DNA of 64,000 bases, from the NCBI RefSeq assembly GCF_006345805.1, contig NC_043016.1, positions 9,734,001 to 9,798,000 of the forward strand, read 5' to 3'. This DNA is from Octopus sinensis (taxonomy: Eukaryota). The notes beneath the pieces are model-generated. The model saw only the letters and a list, made by a program, of their open reading frames with translations, was not told the DNA's origin and searched no databases. A program made the position numbers and the translations under genes. This document shows positions 37,343 to 50,357 of this stretch, piece after piece (position 1 is the stretch's first letter; every line of letters begins with the position of its first letter).

Positions 37343-37406
37343 TCACTGCCTGGAATCGAACTCGGAATCTTGGGGTTAGTAGCCTGCGCTCTTAGCCATT
37401 ACACTC
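37142..37406 (-). mobile_element. Hammerhead-bearing tRNA SINE (family H)
   Basis: Head GTAATGGCTAAGAGCG...GAGTTCGATTCC, (AAT)n, and a hammerhead at 37181-37226 with intact CTGATGA and GAAAC. Confidence 0.85.
37181..37226 (-). ncRNA. Minimal type I hammerhead ribozyme motif
   Basis: AACAC-CTGATGA-A-GGCTG(gagggtatat)CAGCT-GAAAC-ATT-GTGTT. Stem I is 5 bp and stem II is 5 bp. Two changes relative to the consensus fall at CpG sites. Confidence 0.75.
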
Positions 37407-37538
37407 ATCAACGGTAAAAAAATAAATAAATAAATATAGAGTTTAGGACAGTTGAAAGTTACATGGTAAAATTAAGAAAAACATGTTTAAATGATCAAAT
37501 GTTCAAATGTTTACAGAATTTTCAATGAGTTTCACATA

Positions 37539-37794
37539 TAGTGTAATGGTTAAGAGCATGGGCTACTAACCCCAAGATTCCGAGTTTGATTCCAGGCAGT
37601 GACTTCAATCATAATAATAACATCAAAAAATATGTTAGTAATGAGAACCCAGGTTCAAAATTTCCCCAAGGCACCTCATGAAGGCTGGAGTGTATATCAG
37701 CCGAAATGTTGTGTTAACGACAAACAAGATGAGGACAAATATCCGTCAAATGTAAATAATGTACATAATTCCTCATCTCTTAAATATGGAACTG
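37539..37794 (+). mobile_element. Hammerhead-bearing tRNA SINE (family H)
   Basis: Same architecture. Hammerhead at 37670-37715: GGCAC-CTCATGA-A-GGCTG...CAGCC-GAAAT-GTT-GTGTT. Confidence 0.85.
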
Positions 37795-38480
37795 AAATGT
37801 GTGTGTGTGTGTGTGTGTGTGTGTTTATGGTAAACGATCAAGTTTTGATTGGACGTAAATTTGATGATGTCTTGGTCAAAATAGTTTTGTTTTGGTAATG
37901 TCCAATGTTCTGGTTGGTTGACTTACTGGTGAGGACTTGGTAACCTGTTTTCTGTCTGATGGTCAGCAAGCATTGTTGTTTGTTTTGGTTCCTTTAAGAA
38001 GCCACTAGTTTGGTCAGGTCATTGCTTATTTGTTTTTTCTGAGAGTCTGGTTTCAACCAGAGAAAAATCTCATTGGTGTGACATCAGCAACAATTGTTTG
38101 AGAAGGGGTTAGATGTTACTGTACAGTATTTTGGAGTTGGGGTTTCAAATCCCTAAGAAAATCTGTTGCTAAAACTTTTCGGTTTATATCTGTTGTCTCT
38201 GGTCCCTTTTCTTGAATAAACTTGGTATTCTCTTTCTGGTGTTTTATCATAGGATATTTAGTTGTGGTAAACATGTTTTTACAAACTTTACCTTGTAACT
38301 TTAAACTCTCCTAAATCCTTTATTTATTCGGGTTTTTTTTACCAATGATAAGCAAAAAATTGCTGAAACAATTTGGTATTTGAAAAAAAATCTATTACAA
38401 AATTTAAAATCAACTATACATTTTGTGATTCAGGTGCATTTTCAAACCCCCAAACAGATTCTCCTATATATATATATATA

Positions 38481-38777
38481 CTATCAGTATCGCCTGGCGT
38501 TGCTCGGGTTTGTAAGGTAAATAACTATATAAGCATTTTTAGAGAGTTATAGCCAAAAAATAGCAAAAAAATGCATTAAAAATGGAAAAAAAATGATGGT
38601 AAATTTTTTTTTAAATTACAGACTCATCGTAGATATGCGCTAATACCCAGAAGGGCTCGATATGAATCACAACTATAAGATACCCGGTTTTGGTTAAACT
38701 TCACCGCAAAATGTGGGAGTAGTTAGGAATCTAAATCGTAGGAGACAGACACACAACTTCTCTTTTATATATAAAGA
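38481..38777 (-). mobile_element. Non-autonomous Helitron (same family as 244-644)
   Basis: TC start, subterminal hairpin, and a 3' end mutated to ATAG. Confidence 0.85.
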
Positions 38778-38790
38778 TATGATGATGATG

Positions 38791-38826
<36 letters not shown>

Positions 38827-39013
38827 GTAGGTATCAGTTAAAATAGCAAGGAAGGCAAGCAACAACCAAGGCAGGACTTAGCATTTAAATTCATTTAATT
38901 CAATCTAAAATAATAAGATAATACAAAACAGGTGAAGATAGTAGAATGCATGCCTATTAGTTTGAGTTACCTACCTACCTATCTTTCAATCAATAGTAAA
39001 CAAATTGATAGTG

Positions 39014-39049
<36 letters not shown>

Positions 39050-39927
39050 TAAAAAAGGAGATGTGGAACACGAGTTGTGATATATAAAAAAAGGAAATGA
39101 AGAAAATGCTGACAAAATAATTTAAGTAAGGGAGAGTGTATTTAATTAGGTGAAAGTTCTTTTTTAAACAAAAAAAGAAAAAAATTGTGTTAGAATACAA
39201 TGTCATTTTTTGTGAATGATTCAGTGTATAAGAAAAAAGTAAGAGTCTTTTACAGTGTTCAGTTTCAGAATAAGATATTTAGTAAAAGCGTGTAATATAC
39301 AGTTTTTTGTGGAAAAGTTCAATGTCAAATTTCAGTGTAGAATAAAAAAGTAAGAGTTTACCAGTTGCGCCATTTGTTATGCTTATCAAAAGATATTTAG
39401 AGTTCCTTTCTGATTGATTTTTTTCTCTTATCTGACTTTATGTTGGGTTTGCTGTCTCTTATATGTGAAAAAAGAGGCTCCAGAGTTGTTTAAGATTAGC
39501 TTGGTTTCGCGCCTAAAATTTCTTGTGGACAATGGTCAATACAATTTTGATTGGTCATTATAAAGGGGTCACATGAATGTTTGAATGGAAGTTGGTGTTG
39601 GGGTAAGAAAATAGGCCCCAGAGATGTTAAAATTTGGCTGGTATCATACCTAAAATTTCTTATTGGTCATAATAAAGAGGTCACGTGAATGTGGTCATAA
39701 TAGAGAGGTCATGTGAATGTTTAGAATGAATGTTGGTGTAGGTGGTGTATGGAGTTTTCGAAAATAGTGTTGTTGAAAATTCTTATTGTTCAGGCTGGTC
39801 AGTAGACGTCATGTGGATATTTTGAATAGTTTTTTAGAGAGTAGTTAAGGAGTGTATTTTCCGCTTGACTGAATTTGAGCTGGAAAAGTAAGTTCGTTTA
39901 GGACAGGACGAGCTATATGTATGTATG

Positions 39928-39982
<55 letters not shown>

Positions 39983-40777
39983 ATATGTATGTTGGGGCGT
40001 GCACACGTGTATATATGTGTGCGTGTGTGGGTACAATTTTCAATATTTATAGTTCTGCTGGCCTTGTGCCTGTATCCGGAAGCAATGTGTTTGTGTGAAG
40101 TCAATATTTACAGTCATTTCCAAAAAATAGTGCTGGATGTTTTGCAACCCATATCAAATTATGTGTATGTTATATATATATATAATATATATATATAATA
40201 TATATATAATATATATATACTATATACATAGTGTTGGATGTTTTGCACCCATATCAAATTATGTGTATGTATATATAATATACATACACATACTAACTGA
40301 GTATCCTGTAATTATCAGATAATTTTCACAATAGAATACCTTTATTTCAATTTTTTTAATTCTACATCAGACCATTCTTCTCTAATGGATAGGCTTCTTA
40401 ATCCAGACATATTTATGCATTATTTGGGGAAATTTATAATGTATTGATTAACTAATTTTTTTGTATTTCCATTTCGTGCAGAGATGCAAAGAATTTTCTT
40501 ATCTTGCTGTTGGTGCTTTGTGAAGGTCTTTCGACTCTGTTGCACTAATGAAATTCTTTACACAGCGTGCTCAATAAGCATATACAAAGAGTGACAGGGA
40601 GTATGGTAAATATATATAGAGAGGAGGAAAGTTTACATTGAGAAAAGTGTAAGTGAAAGAGACAGACAAAGAGAGAGAGAGAGAAAGAGAGAGGGAGAGA
40701 GGATCTTTTCTGCTGTTGTCACAGATTTTGAAATTTTAAAACTAACTGAAAATTTTCTAGTTTGGTATATTGATGTA

Positions 40778-41282
40778 CCATAAATCCTCAAGTATAGTCC
40801 GCCCTTGAGTATAATACGCAGGGGATTTTTAGGGGGCTGTACCTCTGAAAAACCTAAATCTTGTGTATAATACGCACCCCTTCTCTAACTTAAGTCAAGG
40901 AGGTCTATATAACGTCCTTGGTTTGTAAAAATGTATACGGTAACGTCCTTTATTATTACTGTGCATATAACATATGTGTAGCTTTTTTGTGCATTTTGTT
41001 TGCAGAAAATAAAGAAATAACAGTAATAATATTTAATAAAGGTTGCATATTGCAAGTTATGGATGATTCTTTTATGACTTCATTGCTTTCAGGCTTAGCT
41101 TAAGGTATTTTCATGCCCGACATCACAAAATGCGTCTGAATAAACATTGCCAGACAGCAAATAGAGAATCGGGCATTACTTAAAAAATAATTTTCATTTA
41201 TAACCTCGTATATAGTACGCACTAGAGATTTTGACCTTTAAATTTTGGGAGAAAAATGCGGATTATACGAAAGGATTTACGG
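40778..41282. mobile_element. About 505-bp TA-flanked MITE (Tc1/mariner/pogo type)
   Basis: TA-CCATAAATCCTCAAGTATAGTCCGC ... GCGGATTATACGAAAGGATTTACGG-TA. Confidence 0.85.
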
Positions 41283-41829
41283 TACTTTTTCATGGTGGAT
41301 CTGATTTAGTGATTTATTTATTTATTCTAAAAACATTTTTAGAAAAATGTTACAGAGGTTTAAAGTTTGATAATTTTTTTTACCCAATCAGAAAACAGGA
41401 TTTGGAAGCTAGCATTTTCTGCATGATAGCTGTCTATCATAAAATGAAAGTAAACATGACAATAATGAAGTTTTAAACAAAACAAAGGCGATTACATGTC
41501 ATATCAAGAGAGTGGAGGAGCAGCATGAGAGTGATAAAGAGGGTGGTGACTATATATAAAGAGGGGAAAAGCCAAAAGAAAGAGAGAGCCTGATGAGTGC
41601 AGATGGAGAGAGAAAGATTTGTTCATCTAAAAGTTGAGTTATTTCTCATAGAAATTAGCTTTTTTGATTAATTATAACTGAATACCTTGTCGTTGGGATG
41701 CAGATTTCAAATTTCAAGTCTATTTTCCTTGAGGATGCACTGTTTTGGAGCCTTTCCATGACATATTCACGTACATATACACATACATTCTCATTAATAT
41801 AGTATATAATATGTGTGTGTGTGTGTGTG

Positions 41830-42715
<886 letters not shown>

Positions 42716-42758
42716 ACATCACACATGCATATTTGTCTATCTGTCCACCTGATTCTGT

Positions 42759-42799
<41 letters not shown>

Positions 42800-43557
42800 T
42801 GTATGTCTTGTGTGTGTGTCTCTCTTGTACCTCCCTCTCTTTCTCTCTCTCCCACACTCTCTCTCTATATATATATGAAAGACAGAAATGGGAGAGAGCG
42901 AAAAAGAAAGAGAGAGAGAGAGAAGAAGAAGAAGAGAGGGAAAAAGGAAGTAGAGAGCAAGAGAGAGAGAGAGAGTGAACATGAAAATTAGGATAAAATA
43001 ACAAAGAAATAAGAATGAGTTTCTGAGTAAGAATGAGAAAAAATAAGTAGAAAAAATAAGGGAAAAGAAGTAAAAGAAAATAAAAGAGAAAAACAGATTT
43101 AAGAAAAATAAACACACGACAGGAGAACTAGAGAGGAAAACACTTGTTATGATGAGATCAAATTACATGTGTTTTTTTACTTTTCAACAAATTTATAAAT
43201 GATCCCTTGTTCTCAAGACATGGAATCATAAGATGATTTCCATTTATGGCACTTTTTAGAGGTGGGGTTTAATTGATTGCATCGATCGATCCATTCTTTA
43301 ACTGGTACTTAATTTTATCATTCCCCTGAAAGGATAAATGGCAAGATTGCCCTTGGTGGTGTTTAGGTTAGAAAGTAAAATCACAAGAAATATAAGGACA
43401 CAGATTGTGTTGTACAGCCAGCTGGAGACGATGTCTCCTGGGGCTAAATTACAGCAACATCCATCCTAAACCAGGACTGCCATGTTATATTGGCAAACAA
43501 TCTTTACTCCGAAGTTCTGTTGCTGAATGTCTCTTATTGTGACAATTACAAATAGTA

Positions 43558-44824
43558 TTGGGTTGGCAACTAAGTTCCCGCCATTTTTTAAATTTAAATT
43601 TTTAAAAAGGCTTAAAAAAAATGACAACTAATTAATCAATAATGTATTCATCCTTGTTGTTTACAACTTCTTCCCAATGTTCAACAAGATTTTCAATACC
43701 TCATAGGTAGAAATTATGCGATTTTGACTCGAAAAATTGATCCAACCAACCTCTCAGTTCTGCATCAGTATTGAACAAAACTGCGCACATAGCATTTAAA
43801 AGAGATTGAAAGAGATGGAAATCCATTGGTGCCAAATCAGGAGAGTACGGGGGTGTGGCAGCACTTTTCAGCCATGCGTTTGAATGGCTTCCTTGGTTAT
43901 ATTGGCGATATGAGGGCAGGTGTTGTCGTGCAGCAGAAGAACTCCATGCTGCCGATTAGGTCTTTTCTCTTGAATAGCCATGTTGAGTCATTCCATCAGT
44001 TGAACATAGAGTTCTATGTTGACTGGTTCTGTTCAAGCAATTCGTAATGGATAATCCCTTCCCAGTCCCACTATACGCACAACATCATTTTATGCAGATG
44101 AAGATCTTGTTTCACGTGCGGTGTCACTTGTTTACCGGGGTTAAGCCATTCCTTACGCTGCTTCATATTGATGTACAGGCACCAGTTTTCGTCGCCAGTA
44201 ACGATTCGGTAAAGAAATCGTTTCTTGTGTCCATGAGTTGAGCGGTGACAAGCAAGCAGACCAGCGGAGATTGTGGCTCGTTAATTTTTGATGTTATCAC
44301 TTAAAGCATGCAGAACACATGCTCCATACTTCTGAACCTTTCCCATCGAGTGAAGATGCTTCTCTATAGCAGTGTGGGAGCATTCCATTTTCTCTGCCAG
44401 TTCCCTTGTTGTTTGCAAAAGTTGCTTTAATTGCTCTTCATCAAACTCAACTGGATGGCCAGAACGAGGTGAGTCTTTGAGGTCAAAATTTCCATTTTTG
44501 AACTTGGTATACCAATCACGAGTGGTTCTTTCAGTTATGGCACCCTCTCCATACACAGCACAAATGTCGTGAGCAGCTTTTGTGGCCTTAGAGCCTTGAT
44601 TAAAAGCAAAAAGGAAGTGTCAAAAATGCTCGTTTTTCTTAACTTGACATTCCATTTTAATGATCTGTAAATAAACAAAAATTAACTAAAATTAACTAAA
44701 AAAAAAAAAGATTCCAAAATGACTCAAAAATAGAATTCTCAAAAAAAAAAAAAAATTCCAAAATTTAAAAACGCAATAAATTCCAAAATTTAAAAAAACA
44801 GCATGAACTTAGTTGCCAACCCAA
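43558..44824 (-). mobile_element. Near full-length mariner with a disrupted transposase
   Basis: TIR TTGGGTTGGCAACTAAGTTC at both ends with a TA TSD. Motifs YGEGAITERT-RDWYTKFKNGNFDLKD and IVTGDENW are present. Confidence 0.93.
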
Positions 44825-45164
44825 TAATTTTCTAAATTATAGATCAATTATTCTGTACTGATGAAGAGGAATAACCCAGAAATCACGATACACTGATATT
44901 GTTTTGTGCTGAGTTGGGGTGTCAGAGTCCCTTGTTCGAAAATATAAGGACACAGATCATGTTGTATAGCCAGCTGGAGATGATGTATCCTGGGGCTAAA
45001 TTACAGTAACATTTGTCCTAAACCAGGACTGCCATGTTATGTTGGCAAACAATCTTTACTCCAAAGTACAGTTGCTGAATATCTCTCGTGAGATTTACAA
45101 ATAGTAATTTTCTAGATAAAAGAAGAAATACCGTTTAGCATTTTGTTCAACTTGCTTATGAATC

Positions 45165-45500
45165 AGCCAACTCTCCTGAATATGTCGTTTTTGTTTGTTC
45201 CTTCCCAACCCATACCTGACTCATAAGGGCCGGTTTTCTGGCTTCATTGGCGTATAGGTTCCCCACCTGGATAGGATGCCAGTTTATCTCAGGTGAGCTG
45301 CTAGATGCAGGAGGAAAGAGTGAAGGACAGTTGTGGTGAAAGAGTCAGCAGAAGTTCACCATTACCTTCTGCCAGAGCCACGTGGAGTGTAGATATTTCA
45401 CTCATAAACACACATATTGCCTGGTCTGAGATTCGAACCTGCAATCCCTCAACCGTGAGTCTGCTGCTTTAACCACTAGGCCATGTGCCTCCACCACCTA
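45165..45500 (-). mobile_element. tRNA-derived SINE, family D
   Basis: Head GTGGAGGCACATGGCCTAGTGGTTAAAGC...GGTTCGAATC. A related copy is at 45880-46162. Confidence 0.75.
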
Positions 45501-45879
45501 TATATGACCATTACTAAATTGTTACCCACTCTTTCTCTGCCTACTCTCTCTCACTTGCACAGACATAAACAAACATACTACAGAAGCTTTCGCACAGTTT
45601 CCATGTATCAAATTCACATCAACAAGCAAAGATTGCATCCCAAGGCTGCAATAAACAAATTGAGAATGAACCTCTTTAAAAAGGGGGGAAATAGTTAGCA
45701 AGTACATTCTTGATGTTTTTAACCTCAAAATCAGGACTACTACAAAATTAGAACAATGGAATAGCAGGAGCACCATTATTAAGTATTCTTACAACATTAA
45801 AAATATACCATATTGCAGATTCACCCAGTTGGATATAGTGGATTTTATGTTGAATATTATGTTGGTATTATTTTTTTCG

Positions 45880-46162
45880 CCCTTTGTAAGCCTAGCCAGG
45901 CTCATGGGCCTGGTTTCCCGGTTTCTGTGGCATGTGTTCCCCCCAGTCCATCGCAGCGTTACTCAAGAAACAGGAAGAAAGAGTGAGAGAAAGTTGTGGT
46001 GAAAGAGTAAAATAGGGGTTGCCACCACCCCTTGCCAGAGCCTTGTGGGCCTTTTAGGTGTTGGCACTAAATAAACACACAGAACACCCGGTCTGGGAAT
46101 CGAAACCGCAATCATTCGACCGCAAGTCCGCTGCCCTAACCACTGGGCCATTGCACCTCCAC
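45880..46162 (-). mobile_element. tRNA-derived SINE, family D
   Basis: Head GTGGAGGTGCAATGGCCCAGTGGTTAGGGC...TTTCGATTCCC. Confidence 0.75.
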
Positions 46163-46587
46163 TGTTGATATTATGTTGGATATTATGATATTATGTTATG
46201 ATATTATGTTGATATTATGTTGAATATTATGTGGATATTATGTTGAATAAGTTGAATCTCTATTAATTTTTCTTTGAACCTGTAGGAAATATATAATGGA
46301 TTCATAATCAAGGAATTGAAACCTCAGTCTATTTGTTTGACCTGTCAAATTTTGCCATTATCTAAGATGAGCTAGAGGTCAATCTAGATAAACCCATGAT
46401 ATTTGAATTTTCAGTGACCTAGTTCAGCTGTTACATTTGTACCTGTAAAAAAAACATGATACCTGTAAAAAAACGTGATACCTGTAAAAAATTCTTTCTG
46501 AGATATCCAGACAGTTTACTTCTGTCATTTATAGCAACTTCAATGAGACTTAACTCCCCCCCACCACCACCACCACCCACACACATA

Positions 46588-47513
46588 CGAGGTGGTATCA
46601 GAAAGTTTCTGGACTAGTTCTGTTGCATGTCAACAGATGGCAGTACACGGTTGTATGCACGGTGAGAGCTTGCAGTGACCTTCACGAAGAAGTGTGCTGA
46701 GTGACATCACTATGTTTACTTCACAAGTTGTGAAATTTGTGCTTTTGTGATGACATGTCTGCTGTAGTCTGTGATTTTTTGTCATGGACAGGAACAAAGA
46801 GCCAATGTGGAATTTTGTGTTAAACTTGGGAAGTTTTCTACAGAGGCATTGAAGATGCTTCGGCCAGTTTACGGCAAAAAAACAATGAGTTGGGCGCAAT
46901 GCTTTGAGTGGCACAGGCATTTCAAAAGCAGAAGAACATCTCTGGAAAACGATGAGTAATCTGGAAGACCTGCCATGTGTGTCACCCCTGGAAATGTGGT
47001 ATTGTGCATTGAGAATTCATCCCCCAGGGCCAGACCATCAGTCAGGAGTTCTACTGTGATGCCTTGAAGCATTTGACAGAGGACATTCAGTGGAAGCGAC
47101 CGGATCAGTGGAGCATGAAGAATTGGATTCTTCATGATGACAATGGACCCTGTCACCAAGCTCTCCTTACTCGTGAGTTACCCCACCAAAAACAACATGG
47201 TAATGCTTCCACACCTGCTCTATTCACCAAATTTAGCATCTGTGGACTTCTGTCTCTTCTCCAAGATGAAAATACAGCTGAAAGGTCACTATTTTAACAT
47301 TGTTGTTGAAGTCCAGAGTGAATCACAGAAGTTCCTCGACTCACTTACCAAAAGTGACTTCCAGGCCAGATTCCAAAAGTGGTGGGAACATTGAAACCAG
47401 TTTATTGCTGTGCAAGGTGACTATTTCAAAGGAGATGATGTTAGAACTTAAGGTAAATAAGCTATTTTTTTTATTAAACGTAACTAATCCAGGAACTTTC
47501 TTATACCACCTCA
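46588..47513 (+). mobile_element. Internally deleted mariner
   Basis: TIR CGAGGTGGTATCAGAAAGTTTCTGGA / TCCAGGAACTTTCTTATACCACCTCA, TA flanks, and motifs EQRANVEFCVKLGK and LYSPNLASVDFCLF. Confidence 0.92.
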
Positions 47514-48158
47514 TACATTAACTTTTTGTGTGAGTCTTGCACCATTTACTATCTTCTTTTCACTCAGTGACAAACTGCTATAAGTACTGAGTTGAAGATT
47601 TTTGTTGCTAACGACCATCATCTGCTGCACAATTTTTTGTGTTTTCTTCCAACTCATTGCACTTGTAACAAATGAATAAAATCTTTAATAAATACACACT
47701 ATCTTTTCTCAATTTATTTTAATACAACCAGAAATTCTTAAATTATCACATCTCCACATGGTACAAATCCTTTTTCATGAAAGCGCTGGATTTCAGGAGA
47801 TGATTTCTTTTTTCTACAATTAGAAACATAAATGCAAAGATAATAATGTTCACATACACACATATCATTTGTTATTCAGTGAGGAACATAGAATATCAAT
47901 GATCTTTTAAGAGCTTCCAGATCAAGACAGGAGATTATCAGATTAAATATCTGCAGGTTGATGTTATCTACAAAGAAAGAAAGTAAAAAAAAACAAAGAA
48001 TGATAAAGAAGATCCAAAAGCATAAGGTTCAATGCAGGAAAAGTTGAATGAAGTGAATATCCTTCATGTTTGAAAAATGTGAGTCACAGTAAGAGACAAA
48101 AAAAAAAAGAGAAGTCTCGTTGTTTGAATATTGCAGCTTAGTTACCATAGTCTTAGAG

Positions 48159-49350
48159 CAAGGGTTCTCAACCATTTTTTTTATCTATTCAGGTGGACCC
48201 CCATAGCCATTCTATGTTTAAAAATTAGTTTATAGAAACTGTTTTCAAAAATCCCTATTTTGTTTTTCTCACACATCAACTTGTGAAGGTTGAACTATGT
48301 AAAATGTTAGGGAAAGAAACCTAACTGTTTCTTACAATAAATACATCAAAAGCAGGGGTTCTCAACCATTTTTTATCTATGGACCCTTTTGATGACAATT
48401 TTATTCTGGTGCACCCCATATCCATTCTATGTTTTAAATTTAGTTTTATTGAAACCTCTTTCAGAATTTCCTATTTTGTTTTTCTAACACATTAACTTGC
48501 ATAGGTTGAACAATGTAAAATGTTAGAGAAAGAAACCTACCTGTTTCTTACAATACATACTAATACATATATCAAAAGCAGGGGTTACTCTTTTCTCTTT
48601 TACTCTTTTACTTATTTCAGTCATTTGACTGTGGCCATGCTGGAGCACCACCTTACGACTGGCTTCTTTCAGTTTCTGTCTACCAAATACACTCACAAGG
48701 CTTTGGTCGGCCCAAGGCTATAGTAGAAGACACTTGCCCAAGATGCCACACAGTGGGACTGAACCTGGAACCATGTGGTTGGTAAGCAAGCTACTTACCA
48801 CACAGCCACTAACTATGGACTCCTTTGATTACTATTCAATTCTGGTGGATCCTCATAGCCATTCGATGTTTAAAAACTAGTTTTATAGAAACTTCTTCCA
48901 AAATTCCTATTTGGTTTTTCACATATTAACTTGTGTAGGTTGAACTATGTAAAATGTTAGAGAAAGAAACCTAGTTGTTTCTTGCAATACATACATCTAA
49001 AGCAGGGGTTCTCAACCATTTCTCACTTATGGACCCCTTTGATTACTCTTTTATACTGGTGGACTCCCATAGCTATTTAATGTTTCAAAACTAGTTTTAT
49101 AGAAACTCCTTTCAAAATTCCTTTTTTTTTCCCACACATTAACTTGTGTAGGTTGAACTACGTGAAAGAAAGAAATCTAATTATTTCTTGCAATACGTAT
49201 CAATAGATACATCTAGAGCAAAATTTTTCCAGGGACCCATAAAATACTATTGTGATCCCTAATTTACGATTTTTAAAATTTTTTTCTGTTTTGTTACAAA
49301 AACCTTATATGGACCCTCAGAGGCATATGTACCCCAGTTGAGAACCCTTG
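48159..49350. mobile_element. hAT-type MITE with tandemly amplified left half
   Basis: TIR CAAGGGTTCTCAAC / GTTGAGAACCCTTG and 8-bp flanks TCTTAGAG / TTTTAGAG. Confidence 0.85.
48587..48812 (-). mobile_element. SINE family A, internally deleted, nested in the hAT MITE
   Basis: Tail joined directly to the head, with the middle absent. Confidence 0.8.
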
Positions 49351-49581
49351 TTTTAGAGGAAGCCAAAAGAGAAAGCAAAATATCTTCAAGAGCAACATGA
49401 TGTTATGTTGTAGTGTATTTGTGTATTTTCACGGTCTGTAGAATCATGGTTTGGAAGAAAACAAGAATGGTCGTGTGTAGAATGTCAGTGACTGAAAAGA
49501 ATGATCAGGACTGAATGCATGTTATGGTCTTAATAACGAAGCTTAGTCTTTGGAAAACAGTACTGACAATGTAATGTATAC

Positions 49582-49616
<35 letters not shown>

Positions 49617-49854
49617 TGTGTATGTGTGTGTGAATGCTAAAATTAGGTTGTGGGATTTTACATTTGTAGTGATTTGTTAGAGCCTTAACTGTACGTTGTT
49701 CTTCCTATATAGAGTAAAAGAAAGGGCGTGGTGTCAAAACTGCTTCCTTGATAATTTTATGAATTGGGTTTTTGTTGAAAAATATCAACACAAATTGGTT
49801 CCGTTGATAGTGAGTGTGCATGTGTGTATGCGTGTGTGTGTTTATATCTGTACC

Positions 49855-49927
49855 TATCTTTCATATATATATGTATATCTATGTATGTGTGTATAAATAT
49901 ATATATATATATATATATAATATATAT

Positions 49928-50009
<82 letters not shown>

Positions 50010-50052
50010 GTATATATATATATATGTATGTATGTATATATATGTATGTATG

Positions 50053-50118
<66 letters not shown>

Positions 50119-50145
50119 ATATATGTATTATGTATATATGCATAA

Positions 50146-50199
<54 letters not shown>

Positions 50200-50200
50200 T
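49855..50200. repeat. (TA)n-rich microsatellite
   Basis: Direct reading. Confidence 0.95.
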
Positions 50201-50357
50201 AAAATAAGATGTGTACTTTTACGTATTTTGCATTAAAATATATAAAGATGTGCATGTACATGCTGCTACCATGGATGCATGTTCAAACGGAACAGCCATG
50301 TTGAAGTGGCTACAAACTTTACTTGCTTGTCATCTCTTAGAGAGATTTTAGAAGAAG

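Noticed and set aside
37539-37605. tRNA-like sequences (also at SINE A, C and D heads)
   Set aside because: They have A/B boxes but no complete acceptor stem and are attached to SINE bodies, so they are not tRNA genes.
40482-40604. Acceptor/donor-bounded candidate exon
   Set aside because: All three frames contain stop codons.
41590-41620. CTGATGA followed by GAAA
   Set aside because: No stem II complementarity; purine-rich low-complexity context.
44853-44895. CTGATGA...GAAA hammerhead-like spacing
   Set aside because: Stem II pairs only 2 bp and stem I is mismatched at the core junction.
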